IMG/VR virus record: IMGVR_UViG_3300027822_000298
Location: 1 to 42,527 of that record
DNA from: a virus
Lineage: Duplodnaviria > Caudoviricetes
Length of the DNA stretch: 42,527 bases
Strand: one strand, 5' to 3'
Positions within the stretch are counted from its first letter, which is position 1, and each line of letters begins with the position of its first letter. The translations under genes were made by a program, and so were the position numbers. Positions 8,719-16,261 of the stretch are shown piece after piece. The notes under the pieces are model-generated. The model had not been told where the DNA came from. It saw only the letters and a program-made list of their open reading frames with translations, and did not search any database.

Positions 8719-8824
8719 AAGTTTCGATTGGGTTTTTGGCAGACTAATAATATTATTTTTTGTTTTTTTATTAGGTATCGGGTGGGGGTATTTTTGGTGT
8801 TACAGGGCACTGAATGGGGGATGA
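8711..8824 (+). CDS. Small single-TM membrane protein (37 aa); not in ORF track
   Basis: MDKSFDWVFGRLIILFFVFLLGIGWGYFWCYRALNGG; overlaps the upstream stop codon. Confidence 0.5.
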   Translation: MDKSFDWVFGRLIILFFVFLLGIGWGYFWCYRALNGG

Positions 8825-8828
8825 AGAC

Positions 8829-9212
8829 ATGGCAACATCAATGCAGCGTACCCTGGCAGATTTGAAAAAATATAATATACCGTATTGGATTGTAGAAAAT
8901 TATAATCATTTTACAAAAAAACGAACAGATATGTTTAACATTTTTGACGTTTTGGCTTTAGATAACGGTTTTGTCGGAATTCAGATTTGTGGGACAGACA
9001 TAGAGCCGCATAAAGAAAAAATTTTGAAGGAGCATGCTAAAAATACAACTATATGGCTGGAAAATGGTGGCAGGGTTGAGGTATGGGCGTGGCGAAAATT
9101 GAAAAAATTAAAAAAAAATGGGAAAAAGGGTAAGCAATCGATTTGGGTAGCACGTATTGTTGACGTATTACTGGTAAATAATGAATTATATTGGGAGGAA
9201 AGGACATTATGA
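8829..9212 (+). CDS. PD-(D/E)XK-fold nuclease (Holliday-junction-resolvase-like)
   Basis: S.QRTL..L...., VE.YN.F...R.DMFNIFDVLAL...VGIQ and VEVWAWRK match a common phage restriction-endonuclease-like family. Confidence 0.65.
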   Translation: MATSMQRTLADLKKYNIPYWIVENYNHFTKKRTDMFNIFDVLALDNGFVGIQICGTDIEPHKEKILKEHAKNTTIWLENGGRVEVWAWRKLKKLKKNGKKGKQSIWVARIVDVLLVNNELYWEERTL

Positions 9213-9655
9213 CTAAAATAGAATTAGCGGAAGCGTGTATTGCCGAATACGGTGCAGATACACAACGGTTGCAGATGGTAGAAGAAATGGCAGAGTTAAC
9301 AGTTGAACTTTGTCATCTGGGAAGAGGTAGGTTTAATCAAGATAAAGTTGCTGAGGAAGTAGCAGATACCCTCGCGATGCTTGACCAAATGGATGTTATG
9401 TTTGATGTCGATAAAAATTGGAATTGTAAGGGGTGGGGGAATGACGATAGGGAAAGTCTTATATCTTCAATGGGTTATATCCAAATGTACCTTGCAGGGT
9501 ATGTCGTCAAAAGTGATGAGAAAAAAATATTACAAGCTTTGTTTCCGGTATTACGGATAAGATTAATTTCTCTTCGTGAGACAATCGGAGTTGAGAAAGT
9601 TGAAGCCTGGCAGAAAAAGAAGCATGATCGGATGGTTGAGAGGTTGACCCGGTAA
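9209..9655 (+). CDS. MazG-like nucleotide pyrophosphohydrolase
   Basis: YG...Q....VEEMAEL...VAEEVAD (EExxE...EExxD); GGAAAGGA RBS. Confidence 0.75.
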   Translation: MTKIELAEACIAEYGADTQRLQMVEEMAELTVELCHLGRGRFNQDKVAEEVADTLAMLDQMDVMFDVDKNWNCKGWGNDDRESLISSMGYIQMYLAGYVVKSDEKKILQALFPVLRIRLISLRETIGVEKVEAWQKKKHDRMVERLTR

Positions 9656-9684
9656 ATAAAAAAATTAACGGGGGTGTGTGCTGT

Positions 9685-10077
9685 ATGAAAAATATAATTG
9701 AGTTTAAAAATAACGAATTAGATAATTTTCAATCAAAGGTTCGTAAAGAATCAGATAGTTTAATCGCAAAAATTATTAAACAAGAATGCCCTCTTGAGGT
9801 AGGAGATAAAATAAAAGCTTTTTGTTTTAATTATAAAACAAAAATGGTTCAGGTGTCAAAAATAAGTTTGATGGCCTTTGATTCGTGGAGGCGTTCTGGC
9901 CATAAATACTCTTTTCGGTATGAAGGATTGCCGATACGGATAGACGGGGAAGTTGCGGAAAACAGAAATCCGGTCTGGTTTGAGTGGTTTGAAAAAAATG
10001 GAGTGGTTTATGGCGTTCCGGATTATCTATTAAGATACGAATATGGAGAAATTGGAGTTGAGAGGGTGACCCGGTGA
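9685..10077 (+). CDS. Hypothetical protein (cassette flanked by 19-bp direct repeats)
   Basis: About 130-aa ORF. Repeats GTTGAGAGG(T/G)TGACCCGGT at 9635-9653 and 10057-10075. Confidence 0.7.
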   Translation: MKNIIEFKNNELDNFQSKVRKESDSLIAKIIKQECPLEVGDKIKAFCFNYKTKMVQVSKISLMAFDSWRRSGHKYSFRYEGLPIRIDGEVAENRNPVWFEWFEKNGVVYGVPDYLLRYEYGEIGVERVTR

Positions 10078-10655
10078 AAATAAAAAAGGAAAAATTATAT
10101 AAAGTTATTTGCCCTGTCTGTAAAACACCAAGGTTTGTTTCAAAAGCAATGCAAAGAGAAATTGAAAGGGGTAAGCAATCAGGCCGCTGTGTGCAATGCG
10201 GATATGATAGTATGAGAAATAATAATTATGAGAAAGATGGAAAATACGAAATAATTTGTCCTGTCTGTGGGAATCCAAGATCAGTATCGAAACAAACAAA
10301 ACGAAGGTTTGATAGGGGCGTGACATCAGGCCGCTGTGCTTCGTGTGGAGTCCGTGCAGCAAAAGAAAGAAAAAGGATAGCTATAGAGGGTTATCTTGAA
10401 GAAGAAATATCAGCACCTCCTAATAAAAAAATGAATTGTTGCGGGTGTGAATTAACATCTATGGCCGAGCAAGTAGTCGATAATTTTCATTTTTTTCAAA
10501 AATGCGAATGGTTTTATCGGTGTAAGAATAGCTCAGAATGTTTGAATGCAGTCGCAATCGGAAAATGGTTAGGGTGGGTGGCTGATGGAAAGGGATTTAA
10601 GGAAAAGGAGCCTGAAGATATTCTTGATATAGTAAGAATGAATGAGGGATGTTGA
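10074..10655 (+). CDS. Multi-Zn-finger protein with an internal duplication
   Basis: Two copies of ICPVC..PR.VSK.....RG..SGRC..CG plus a Cys-rich C-terminus. Confidence 0.75.
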   Translation: MKIKKEKLYKVICPVCKTPRFVSKAMQREIERGKQSGRCVQCGYDSMRNNNYEKDGKYEIICPVCGNPRSVSKQTKRRFDRGVTSGRCASCGVRAAKERKRIAIEGYLEEEISAPPNKKMNCCGCELTSMAEQVVDNFHFFQKCEWFYRCKNSSECLNAVAIGKWLGWVADGKGFKEKEPEDILDIVRMNEGC

Positions 10656-10656
10656 T

Positions 10657-10866
10657 ATGTATGAAGCAAAAGAAACAGAGCGAAAAATATTGGTCAAAGC
10701 GCCGTATAATTATAATCAGGAAATTATTGATATACTTGATGCCGAAAGTGAAAAAGTTCGGAAAGGTATCCCAGTCGATCTTGAGGTTGCAATTGTGGTA
10801 TGTAATTATCAATCAGACCTCAAAGAAATCAGGAAATGTAAAAAATGGTGGCGATTTTGGGGATAG
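10657..10866 (+). CDS. Hypothetical protein
   Basis: GAGG RBS; ends KKWWRFWG. Confidence 0.6.
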   Translation: MYEAKETERKILVKAPYNYNQEIIDILDAESEKVRKGIPVDLEVAIVVCNYQSDLKEIRKCKKWWRFWG

Positions 10867-10933
10867 AAACGGAGAATTGATTTTTTGATGGTTTTTTTTT
10901 CAAATGGTATAAGTGAGGAGGTAGAAGGGCAAA

Positions 10934-11164
10934 ATGGATACTAATGAATTAAGAAAAGCAGCAAATTGTATATTTATCGCAACGGATGAAAAGACGGCTC
11001 AAGATATATCAGAAAGATTAAATGCGGTTGCGGATGAAATTGATATGCTCAGGGTTAAATTAAGCGCGGTTGAACGAAGCTTAGGTCGTGATGAGGATTA
11101 TAGGGATATGGGTAGGTATCGGATTCGTCAACACGTAATAACAAGCGAGGGCATAGAAGGATGA
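10934..11164 (+). CDS. Hypothetical protein
   Basis: 76-aa ORF with GAGGAGG/GAAGGG upstream. Confidence 0.65.
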   Translation: MDTNELRKAANCIFIATDEKTAQDISERLNAVADEIDMLRVKLSAVERSLGRDEDYRDMGRYRIRQHVITSEGIEG

Positions 11165-11319
11165 AACGAAAAAAGAAAAGAACGCTGCGAGAGAAAAAGG
11201 CAGCGTTTCAGAATGAAAAAACAGAATTTGAAAAAAGTATAAAACAAAAGCGGAGAGAGGAGGAAGAGAAACGGAAAAAAAAGAAGCAAGCCCTAAATAA
11301 AGAGCTTGCTTCTTTTTAA
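11161..11319 (+). CDS. Small Lys/Arg/Glu-rich protein (52 aa); not in ORF track
   Basis: ATGA overlap with the previous stop; MKRKKKRTLREKKAAFQNEKTEFEKSIKQKRREEEEKRKKKKQALNKELASF. Confidence 0.45.
   Translation: MKRKKKRTLREKKAAFQNEKTEFEKSIKQKRREEEEKRKKKKQALNKELASF
11278..11317. terminator. Bidirectional intrinsic terminator at the convergence of the two accessory operons
   Basis: AAAAAGAAGCAAGC-N12-GCTTGCTTCTTTTT. A second 10-bp GC-rich hairpin GCCGGGAGGC/GCCTCCCGGC lies at 11329-11355. Confidence 0.7.
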
Positions 11320-11323
11320 AAAT

Positions 11324-11545
11324 TTATAGCCGGGAGGCTTCTAACGCCTCCCGGCACAGATGATATTGACCGATAACATCCATACGTCTTGCGAGGCTGC
11401 CGCCTGCATGGGGCAGCCCATTTAAATGCGAAAACTGGTCATTGTATTTGACCATTGCCTTTTTAAGTTTTTGACGGTCAAGATCAGTCGCTTGTGAGCC
11501 AAAAGTTTTGGCCTCCGCCAAGGTTTTGAAGTTATATTTTGTCAT
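11324..11545 (-). CDS. Hypothetical protein, paralog of 12007..12228
   Basis: Shares F.T.AEA..FG.QAT..D...LK.....ND....L..LP.......RR.D.I.....CREAL. Confidence 0.75.
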   Translation of the reverse strand: MTKYNFKTLAEAKTFGSQATDLDRQKLKKAMVKYNDQFSHLNGLPHAGGSLARRMDVIGQYHLCREALEASRL

Positions 11546-11766
11546 TTATACCCCCTCTGCATCATAATATCATCATATTTTTTTATTTCTTTTTTATCAA
11601 GAAATAAGGGAAGCATATATTTTTGTGAAATCTTTTTTCCGTGAATATCAAAAGCTATGGTTCCCAGTCTAATCGTTTTTAGTTGTTTTAGATATGAAGG
11701 TATAGGTTTTATGCATTGAGTATTACCTAAAAAAACTTCTGTTTTTTTTAATTCCGGATGGAACAT
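11542..11766 (-). CDS. Hypothetical protein
   Basis: AAGGAG RBS; 4-nt overlap with the next gene. Confidence 0.7.
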   Translation of the reverse strand: MFHPELKKTEVFLGNTQCIKPIPSYLKQLKTIRLGTIAFDIHGKKISQKYMLPLFLDKKEIKKYDDIMMQRGYK

Positions 11767-11783
11767 TTTATATCTCCTTTTAA

Positions 11784-11999
11784 TTATAAAAAATATAAAT
11801 ATTTATTATAACCTTCTTTGAATTTAACAATTACCTGTGTGCGTGATTCAGTTTTAATGTTTTGAATATTAAGGATTTCGTCATAATTTTTAAATTTTTC
11901 TATGACGACATATTCAATATTGTCAGATTCGGGAAACATGCCCTTTGAGTTAAATATGATGTGTTCTCCCTTCCGAGGCATTCTGTCTATTTGTTTCAT
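11784..11999 (-). CDS. Hypothetical protein
   Basis: AGGA RBS; 71 aa in a tightly packed operon. Confidence 0.7.
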   Translation of the reverse strand: MKQIDRMPRKGEHIIFNSKGMFPESDNIEYVVIEKFKNYDEILNIQNIKTESRTQVIVKFKEGYNKYLYFL

Positions 12000-12006
12000 A
12001 TGTTTC

Positions 12007-12228
12007 CTATCGCAGAGCAGCGTAACATAACGCTTCTCTGCATCTTTGTTGGTAATTGATCAAATCGAGCCTGCGTTCAAAGTTTTCGGGAGTGGCCGGC
12101 AATGTTTTAAGCCAGTCGTAATGATCATTTAAAAAAGATATTACATATTTGAGATATGCAATATCTTTTTTTGTTGCCTGCTTGCCGAATCGTTCAGCCT
12201 CGGCAGGCGTTTCAAATTTGAAATTCAT
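12007..12228 (-). CDS. Hypothetical protein, paralog of 11324..11545
   Basis: Same length (73 aa) and shared motif as its paralog. Confidence 0.75.
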   Translation of the reverse strand: MNFKFETPAEAERFGKQATKKDIAYLKYVISFLNDHYDWLKTLPATPENFERRLDLINYQQRCREALCYAALR

Positions 12229-12232
12229 AGGC

Positions 12233-12439
12233 TTATCTCTTCAACTTATTTTTTATCATTGCCATTTCCTGTTCGGAGGGCAGTGATGTTTTTCCATATT
12301 CGCCATAAATACGGGAAACTTTATACCATCCAGTTTTTGAATGATGATAATTGCCAGTGATTCCTATTCTGTCTATCAATTCACCTGTTTTTAGGAATCT
12401 GTAATCGCACAAGTTCCCTTTGATCCTTTTTTTATCCAT
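12233..12439 (-). CDS. Hypothetical protein
   Basis: GAAAGGA RBS; 68 aa. Confidence 0.65.
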   Translation of the reverse strand: MDKKRIKGNLCDYRFLKTGELIDRIGITGNYHHSKTGWYKVSRIYGEYGKTSLPSEQEMAMIKNKLKR

Positions 12440-12453
12440 TTCTTTTCCTTTCC

Positions 12454-12479
12454 CAGCAGTTTATTGACTTGCTGAGGTC
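12454..12479 (-). other. Putative compact H-type pseudoknot RNA element in an intergenic leader
   Basis: Minus strand GACCTCAGCAAGTCAATAAACTGCTG: GAC/GTC stem crossed by a CAGCA/TGCTG stem, A-rich linker, directly 5' of an RBS. Confidence 0.4.
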
Positions 12480-12489
12480 TTGTGTTATA

Positions 12490-12702
12490 TTAATTAAAAT
12501 TAAACCAAAATTCTTCCTCAATAGCTTTGTAGGCCCATTCCTTGATGGTTTCAGATGTATCTGCTGGGAACTCAAGTTTTAGGTCAAGCGGATCACCTTC
12601 AAACCAGATATTTACAGTTTCAGGTTCAATTCCGGATTCTGTATCATAAAGTAATTCATAAACTTGTTCTAATTCTTCAATTTCTGTGATTTCTGTTTTC
12701 AT
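12490..12702 (-). CDS. Highly acidic small protein (70 aa)
   Basis: Start MKTEITE after AAGGAG; 20 D/E versus 4 K and 0 R. Confidence 0.7.
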   Translation of the reverse strand: MKTEITEIEELEQVYELLYDTESGIEPETVNIWFEGDPLDLKLEFPADTSETIKEWAYKAIEEEFWFNFN

Positions 12703-12739
12703 TTTATTTGCTCCTTTGTTGGTTATTGTGAAATGGCAA

Positions 12740-13048
12740 TTAAAAAATTGGCATAAAGCCTTCTGGTGTAAATTCGCCAGAAATAGGATCATTAAAATCT
12801 AAATACCCAGGATTTAGAACAGTCAGGATACTTTCTAACCATTCAACTGTAATTTTTTTAGGCCGAGAAAATTTTATTAAATCTTTTTTTGCTTTTTCAA
12901 GACCATTTTTTTGAGCATATTTATTCCCTGCTACTCTTATGATAGATAGAATGTCAGAATCGTTAATTCTACCATCGTTAATTAAGAAAATAGCCATTTC
13001 ATCTATTTTATCAAAAGATAGTATTTCTTCATCTTTTTTATTCATCAT
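12740..13048 (-). CDS. Hypothetical protein
   Basis: AAGGAG RBS before MMNKKDEE. Confidence 0.7.
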   Translation of the reverse strand: MMNKKDEEILSFDKIDEMAIFLINDGRINDSDILSIIRVAGNKYAQKNGLEKAKKDLIKFSRPKKITVEWLESILTVLNPGYLDFNDPISGEFTPEGFMPIF

Positions 13049-13092
13049 TTTCTTTTCTCCTTTTTTGTGCGCCAGTCTCATTTTGGGTGTTT

Positions 13093-13284
13093 TTAATTTT
13101 CAATTGACCAAAAAAGTTTGCATGCTTCTTTGTATAATTTTCCACCATGATCGTATCTATAGTCGTAGCTATCATCTGCAATTGTTTGTCCTGAGCATTC
13201 ATCGAAATTACCAAAATTATCCTCGAAAAATATATAGCCATTCTCCAGCCAAACGCTTTGGTTGTTTTTTAATTTTTTTTTCAT
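13093..13284 (-). CDS. Hypothetical protein
   Basis: AAGGA RBS; 63 aa. Confidence 0.65.
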   Translation of the reverse strand: MKKKLKNNQSVWLENGYIFFEDNFGNFDECSGQTIADDSYDYRYDHGGKLYKEACKLFWSIEN

Positions 13285-13338
13285 TTTGTTGTTCCTTTTT
13301 TGTTGTGCGCCCCGGTTAAGGGGCGCATTGGTTATTTT

Positions 13339-13674
13339 TTATTTTGTTGCGAGTTCTTCCGCGAATGCGGCCTGTTTGCTATCCCAGGAATGAATAGTGA
13401 AAGCTGCAAAGCAAGTTGCGTTTAAAGCTGCATACGCTGCTTTATCGCCGTGGGTATTGAATATGTACGAGCCGGCGTCAGAAGCTGCATTTGAGGCGAA
13501 AAGAGCTGCCAAATAATTTTCTTCGCTTGGGTCTTTTGTCCATTTTTTCGCCGCCGTGATTGTTTTTTGTGGTCTGTTATCTCCTGGGTAGGCCACTTCA
13601 AAAATTTTGATAACTTTTTCAGCTGCGTTAATTGCGGTTTTTGTGTTGCGGATGCGTGTTTTTATTGTTTCCAT
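13339..13674 (-). CDS. Imm-5-like Ala-rich domain protein
   Basis: AI.AAEKV..IFE..YPGDNRP...I.AAKKW followed by Ala-rich helices; AAGGAG RBS. Confidence 0.65.
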   Translation of the reverse strand: METIKTRIRNTKTAINAAEKVIKIFEVAYPGDNRPQKTITAAKKWTKDPSEENYLAALFASNAASDAGSYIFNTHGDKAAYAALNATCFAAFTIHSWDSKQAAFAEELATK

Positions 13675-13725
13675 GATTATCTCCTTTTTTTGCGCCCCGG
13701 TTGTCGTTGCGCTTTATTTATATAC

Positions 13726-13741
13726 TGCTTAATGCGTGCCA
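13726..13741 (-). promoter_or_regulatory. Sigma54 (-24/-12) promoter for the leftward small-gene operon
   Basis: Minus strand TGGCACGCATTAAGCA: exact TGGCACG -24 box and GG-N10-GC spacing, about 50 nt upstream of the first start codon. Confidence 0.65.
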
Positions 13742-13860
13742 GACTTTCGAAAAAGTAATAAAAAGTAATAAAATAAAGTGTATTTATAATAATATCAGGT
13801 AGTTTTTGGCAAAAATAAGTTTTAAATTAGTTTGGCAAAGGTTGCAATTGTTTGTCTTAA

Positions 13861-13990
13861 ATAGACATTTTTGGCTGGTAGAATATAGAATAGGCAATAA
13901 TATTAAATACTTATGAGTTATAGACATTTTCGCCGATTGGTTATTTTCGCCGATTGGTTATATTTTAAAGTAAAATAGACTTTTTGGCCG
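13861..13990. repeat. Repeat cluster between the leftward operon and terS
   Basis: ATAGAC(A/T)TTTT(T/C)G(G/C)C at 13861, 13920 and 13975; perfect 17-bp tandem ATTTTCGCCGATTGGTT twice at 13926-13959. Confidence 0.7.
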
Positions 13991-14036
13991 GTTTTTGGGT
14001 TGACTTTGAATTGGATGATTGATATGGGAGGAGATT

Positions 14037-14483
14037 ATGAAGGGAAAAGAGCCTACAAAAAAACTACCGGCAATGACTGCAAGAGAGCGGCATAGGCAAA
14101 ATTTGCTTGCATATTTAGGCGTTTGGGAAAACCCGTGGCCTAAAACTATAAAAGGGTTGGCAAAAATTGTCGGGATCAAAGAGGAAACACTCAGGTTTCA
14201 TTTTTCTCGTGTTGAGATTAATGCAATATACTCTGATAGCCTGGAATTACGGAAAAAAAATTCATTTGCACAGCGCAAAAGTGTATATGATTCCATGCTG
14301 TGTGAAGCTGAAGATGGTAATGTTGCAGCGCAAAATGCATTTCTTGATCGGACAGAGGGAAAAGTCACAGATAAGGTCCAGCTTGGGTTTGATTCAGCAG
14401 CCTTGAATGTTATACTTTCAGCCTTGCCAGATGAATATGCGAAGGCTGTCAAGGCTCAACTATCTGAGATTATTAAGAAATAG
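14037..14483 (+). CDS. terS: Terminase small subunit (putative)
   Basis: HTH-like IKGLAKIVGIKEETLRFHF, GNVAAQNAFLDRTEGKV motif, position directly upstream of terL, GGAGGAG RBS. Confidence 0.75.
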   Translation: MKGKEPTKKLPAMTARERHRQNLLAYLGVWENPWPKTIKGLAKIVGIKEETLRFHFSRVEINAIYSDSLELRKKNSFAQRKSVYDSMLCEAEDGNVAAQNAFLDRTEGKVTDKVQLGFDSAALNVILSALPDEYAKAVKAQLSEIIKK

Positions 14484-14539
14484 GATCAAAGCCCAAGGAT
14501 GTCGTAGAATCGACAATAAATAAAAACGAATAGTAGACT

Positions 14540-16042
14540 ATGCCTGTTTTAACACAAAATAAATCACCTGAAGCGTTTGCAGCGATCCTGGCCTCAAAAT
14601 GTGCGCCGGGAGTAATTGAGTCGTTTCAGAGAAGTGCCCAAAACTTAAAAAAAACAGAAAGGCTTATTGATTTCCTTGAAGTTGAAGGACGGGGGGCCTG
14701 GAAATCGGAACCACATTTAGAATATTTATGTGAGAAGTTAGAACAAGTTGCGGCGGGGAATATTCGTCGATTAATTGTTACAATGCCGCCTAGACATGGC
14801 AAGTCGATGGTATGTTCAAAGAAATTCCCTGCATGGTATTTAAGAAAATACCCTGATAATTATATAATGATTACATCGTACTCTGCTGATTTAGCGTTTG
14901 ATTTTTCAAGAATTGCTCGAAATACAATAATGGATGAAAGAGAGTTTTTCCCGGAGACTATAATTAATCAAACTGCACGAGCTGTAAAACATTGGACTAT
15001 AACTGGTAAGTTGGGAGGATTGATCGCCGCAGGTGTCGGCGGGCCGATAACAGGCAGGGGTGCAAATTGTGCAATTATAGACGATCCTTTTAAAAACTAT
15101 GAAGAGGCAGCATCGGAAACAATACGGGAATCTGTTTGGCAGTGGTACAGGTCAACATTAAGAACCAGGTTAGCGCCTGGTGGAGCGATAATCTTAATTA
15201 TGACGCGTTGGCATCAAGACGATTTAGCAGGAAGATTGTTAGAAGAAGCAAAGGGCGGCGGTGAGCAGTGGGAAAAGGTTGATTTTCCGGCTATAGCAGA
15301 GGAAGCAGATGTATTAGATCGGCAGCCTGGGGACAATTTGAGCCCTCGATTTCCTCTTGTAGAATTGGAAACAATAAAAAAAGCATTAGGAGCTTATTTG
15401 TTTTCAGCTCTCTACCAGCAAACACCACGGGCAAAAGAAGGTAATTATTATAAAACGCATTGGTTTGTTGACGCTGGAGATGTTGAAACGTTGCTTGAAA
15501 AATGGCGGGAAGATGGAGTTTTTATTCCTATTTATGCAGCAATGGATTTTGCGATAGGCGAAAAGCAGCAAAATGATTTTAATTCAATTACAATAGCAGC
15601 GATTACACCTGATTATGATTCGATACTCGTTGATCGAGTGAGTTTTAAGGATGATGCCGAGGGGATTGCAGATGAGATTATTAATGTCCAACAAAAATGG
15701 AAGCCCCTGGTGTTCGGATTTGAGGAAGGCCAGATAAGAAAGGCTATATGGCCTACGGTAATCCAAAAAATGAAACAGGCAAACATTACAATTAATTCAG
15801 AATTTTTAGTTCCGATTGGTGACAAAATGGCAAGGGGCCGTACAGGTCAAGGGCAGATGCGACAGGGCAAATGGTTGTTTCCTTTTCAGGCAGAGTGGTT
15901 TGACGAATTCCAAGAAGAAATGCTGGGTTTTCCAAATGCCACCCACGATGATGATCCTGACTCTTTTTCGCACCTTGCCAGACTTATATCTGATTCGGAT
16001 AAAACTTTTGATCCGCTTGATTTAAATAAATGTAGAGTATAA
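14540..16042 (+). CDS. terL: Terminase large subunit
   Basis: Walker A MPPRHGKS, GGPITGRGA, Walker B IIDDP, IMTRWHQDDLAG, ALYQQTP, nuclease AMDFA and FPNATHDDDPD. Confidence 0.97.
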   Translation: MPVLTQNKSPEAFAAILASKCAPGVIESFQRSAQNLKKTERLIDFLEVEGRGAWKSEPHLEYLCEKLEQVAAGNIRRLIVTMPPRHGKSMVCSKKFPAWYLRKYPDNYIMITSYSADLAFDFSRIARNTIMDEREFFPETIINQTARAVKHWTITGKLGGLIAAGVGGPITGRGANCAIIDDPFKNYEEAASETIRESVWQWYRSTLRTRLAPGGAIILIMTRWHQDDLAGRLLEEAKGGGEQWEKVDFPAIAEEADVLDRQPGDNLSPRFPLVELETIKKALGAYLFSALYQQTPRAKEGNYYKTHWFVDAGDVETLLEKWREDGVFIPIYAAMDFAIGEKQQNDFNSITIAAITPDYDSILVDRVSFKDDAEGIADEIINVQQKWKPLVFGFEEGQIRKAIWPTVIQKMKQANITINSEFLVPIGDKMARGRTGQGQMRQGKWLFPFQAEWFDEFQEEMLGFPNATHDDDPDSFSHLARLISDSDKTFDPLDLNKCRV

Positions 16043-16051
16043 GGAGAACAA

Positions 16052-16261
16052 ATGATAGAGAAGAAAGCCGAAGAGCTCCAGAAACAGAAAAAAGCAGAAA
16101 TATCAATTATAGTTTATCCACCTGAAACTCTAACTGGTAGTGAGCGAATGGAAGTCAAGCATCCTGAAAATTTGAATTTGACAATGGGAATGTTGCTTGA
16201 CACTATACGATTAATGTACGAACAGCTTACACCACAAACAAAAAATGCAAAAACCGAATAA
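16052..16261 (+). CDS. Hypothetical protein
   Basis: AAGGAG RBS; in the late operon. Confidence 0.7.
   Translation: MIEKKAEELQKQKKAEISIIVYPPETLTGSERMEVKHPENLNLTMGMLLDTIRLMYEQLTPQTKNAKTE

Noticed and set aside
7371-8824. Holin calls for the two small membrane ORFs
   Set aside because: No adjacent endolysin or spanin, and both lie among replication-associated accessory genes.
13832-13846. Second sigma54 promoter (TTGGCAAAGGTTGCA) on the plus strand for terS
   Set aside because: GG-to-GC spacing is 8 nt rather than the required 10.
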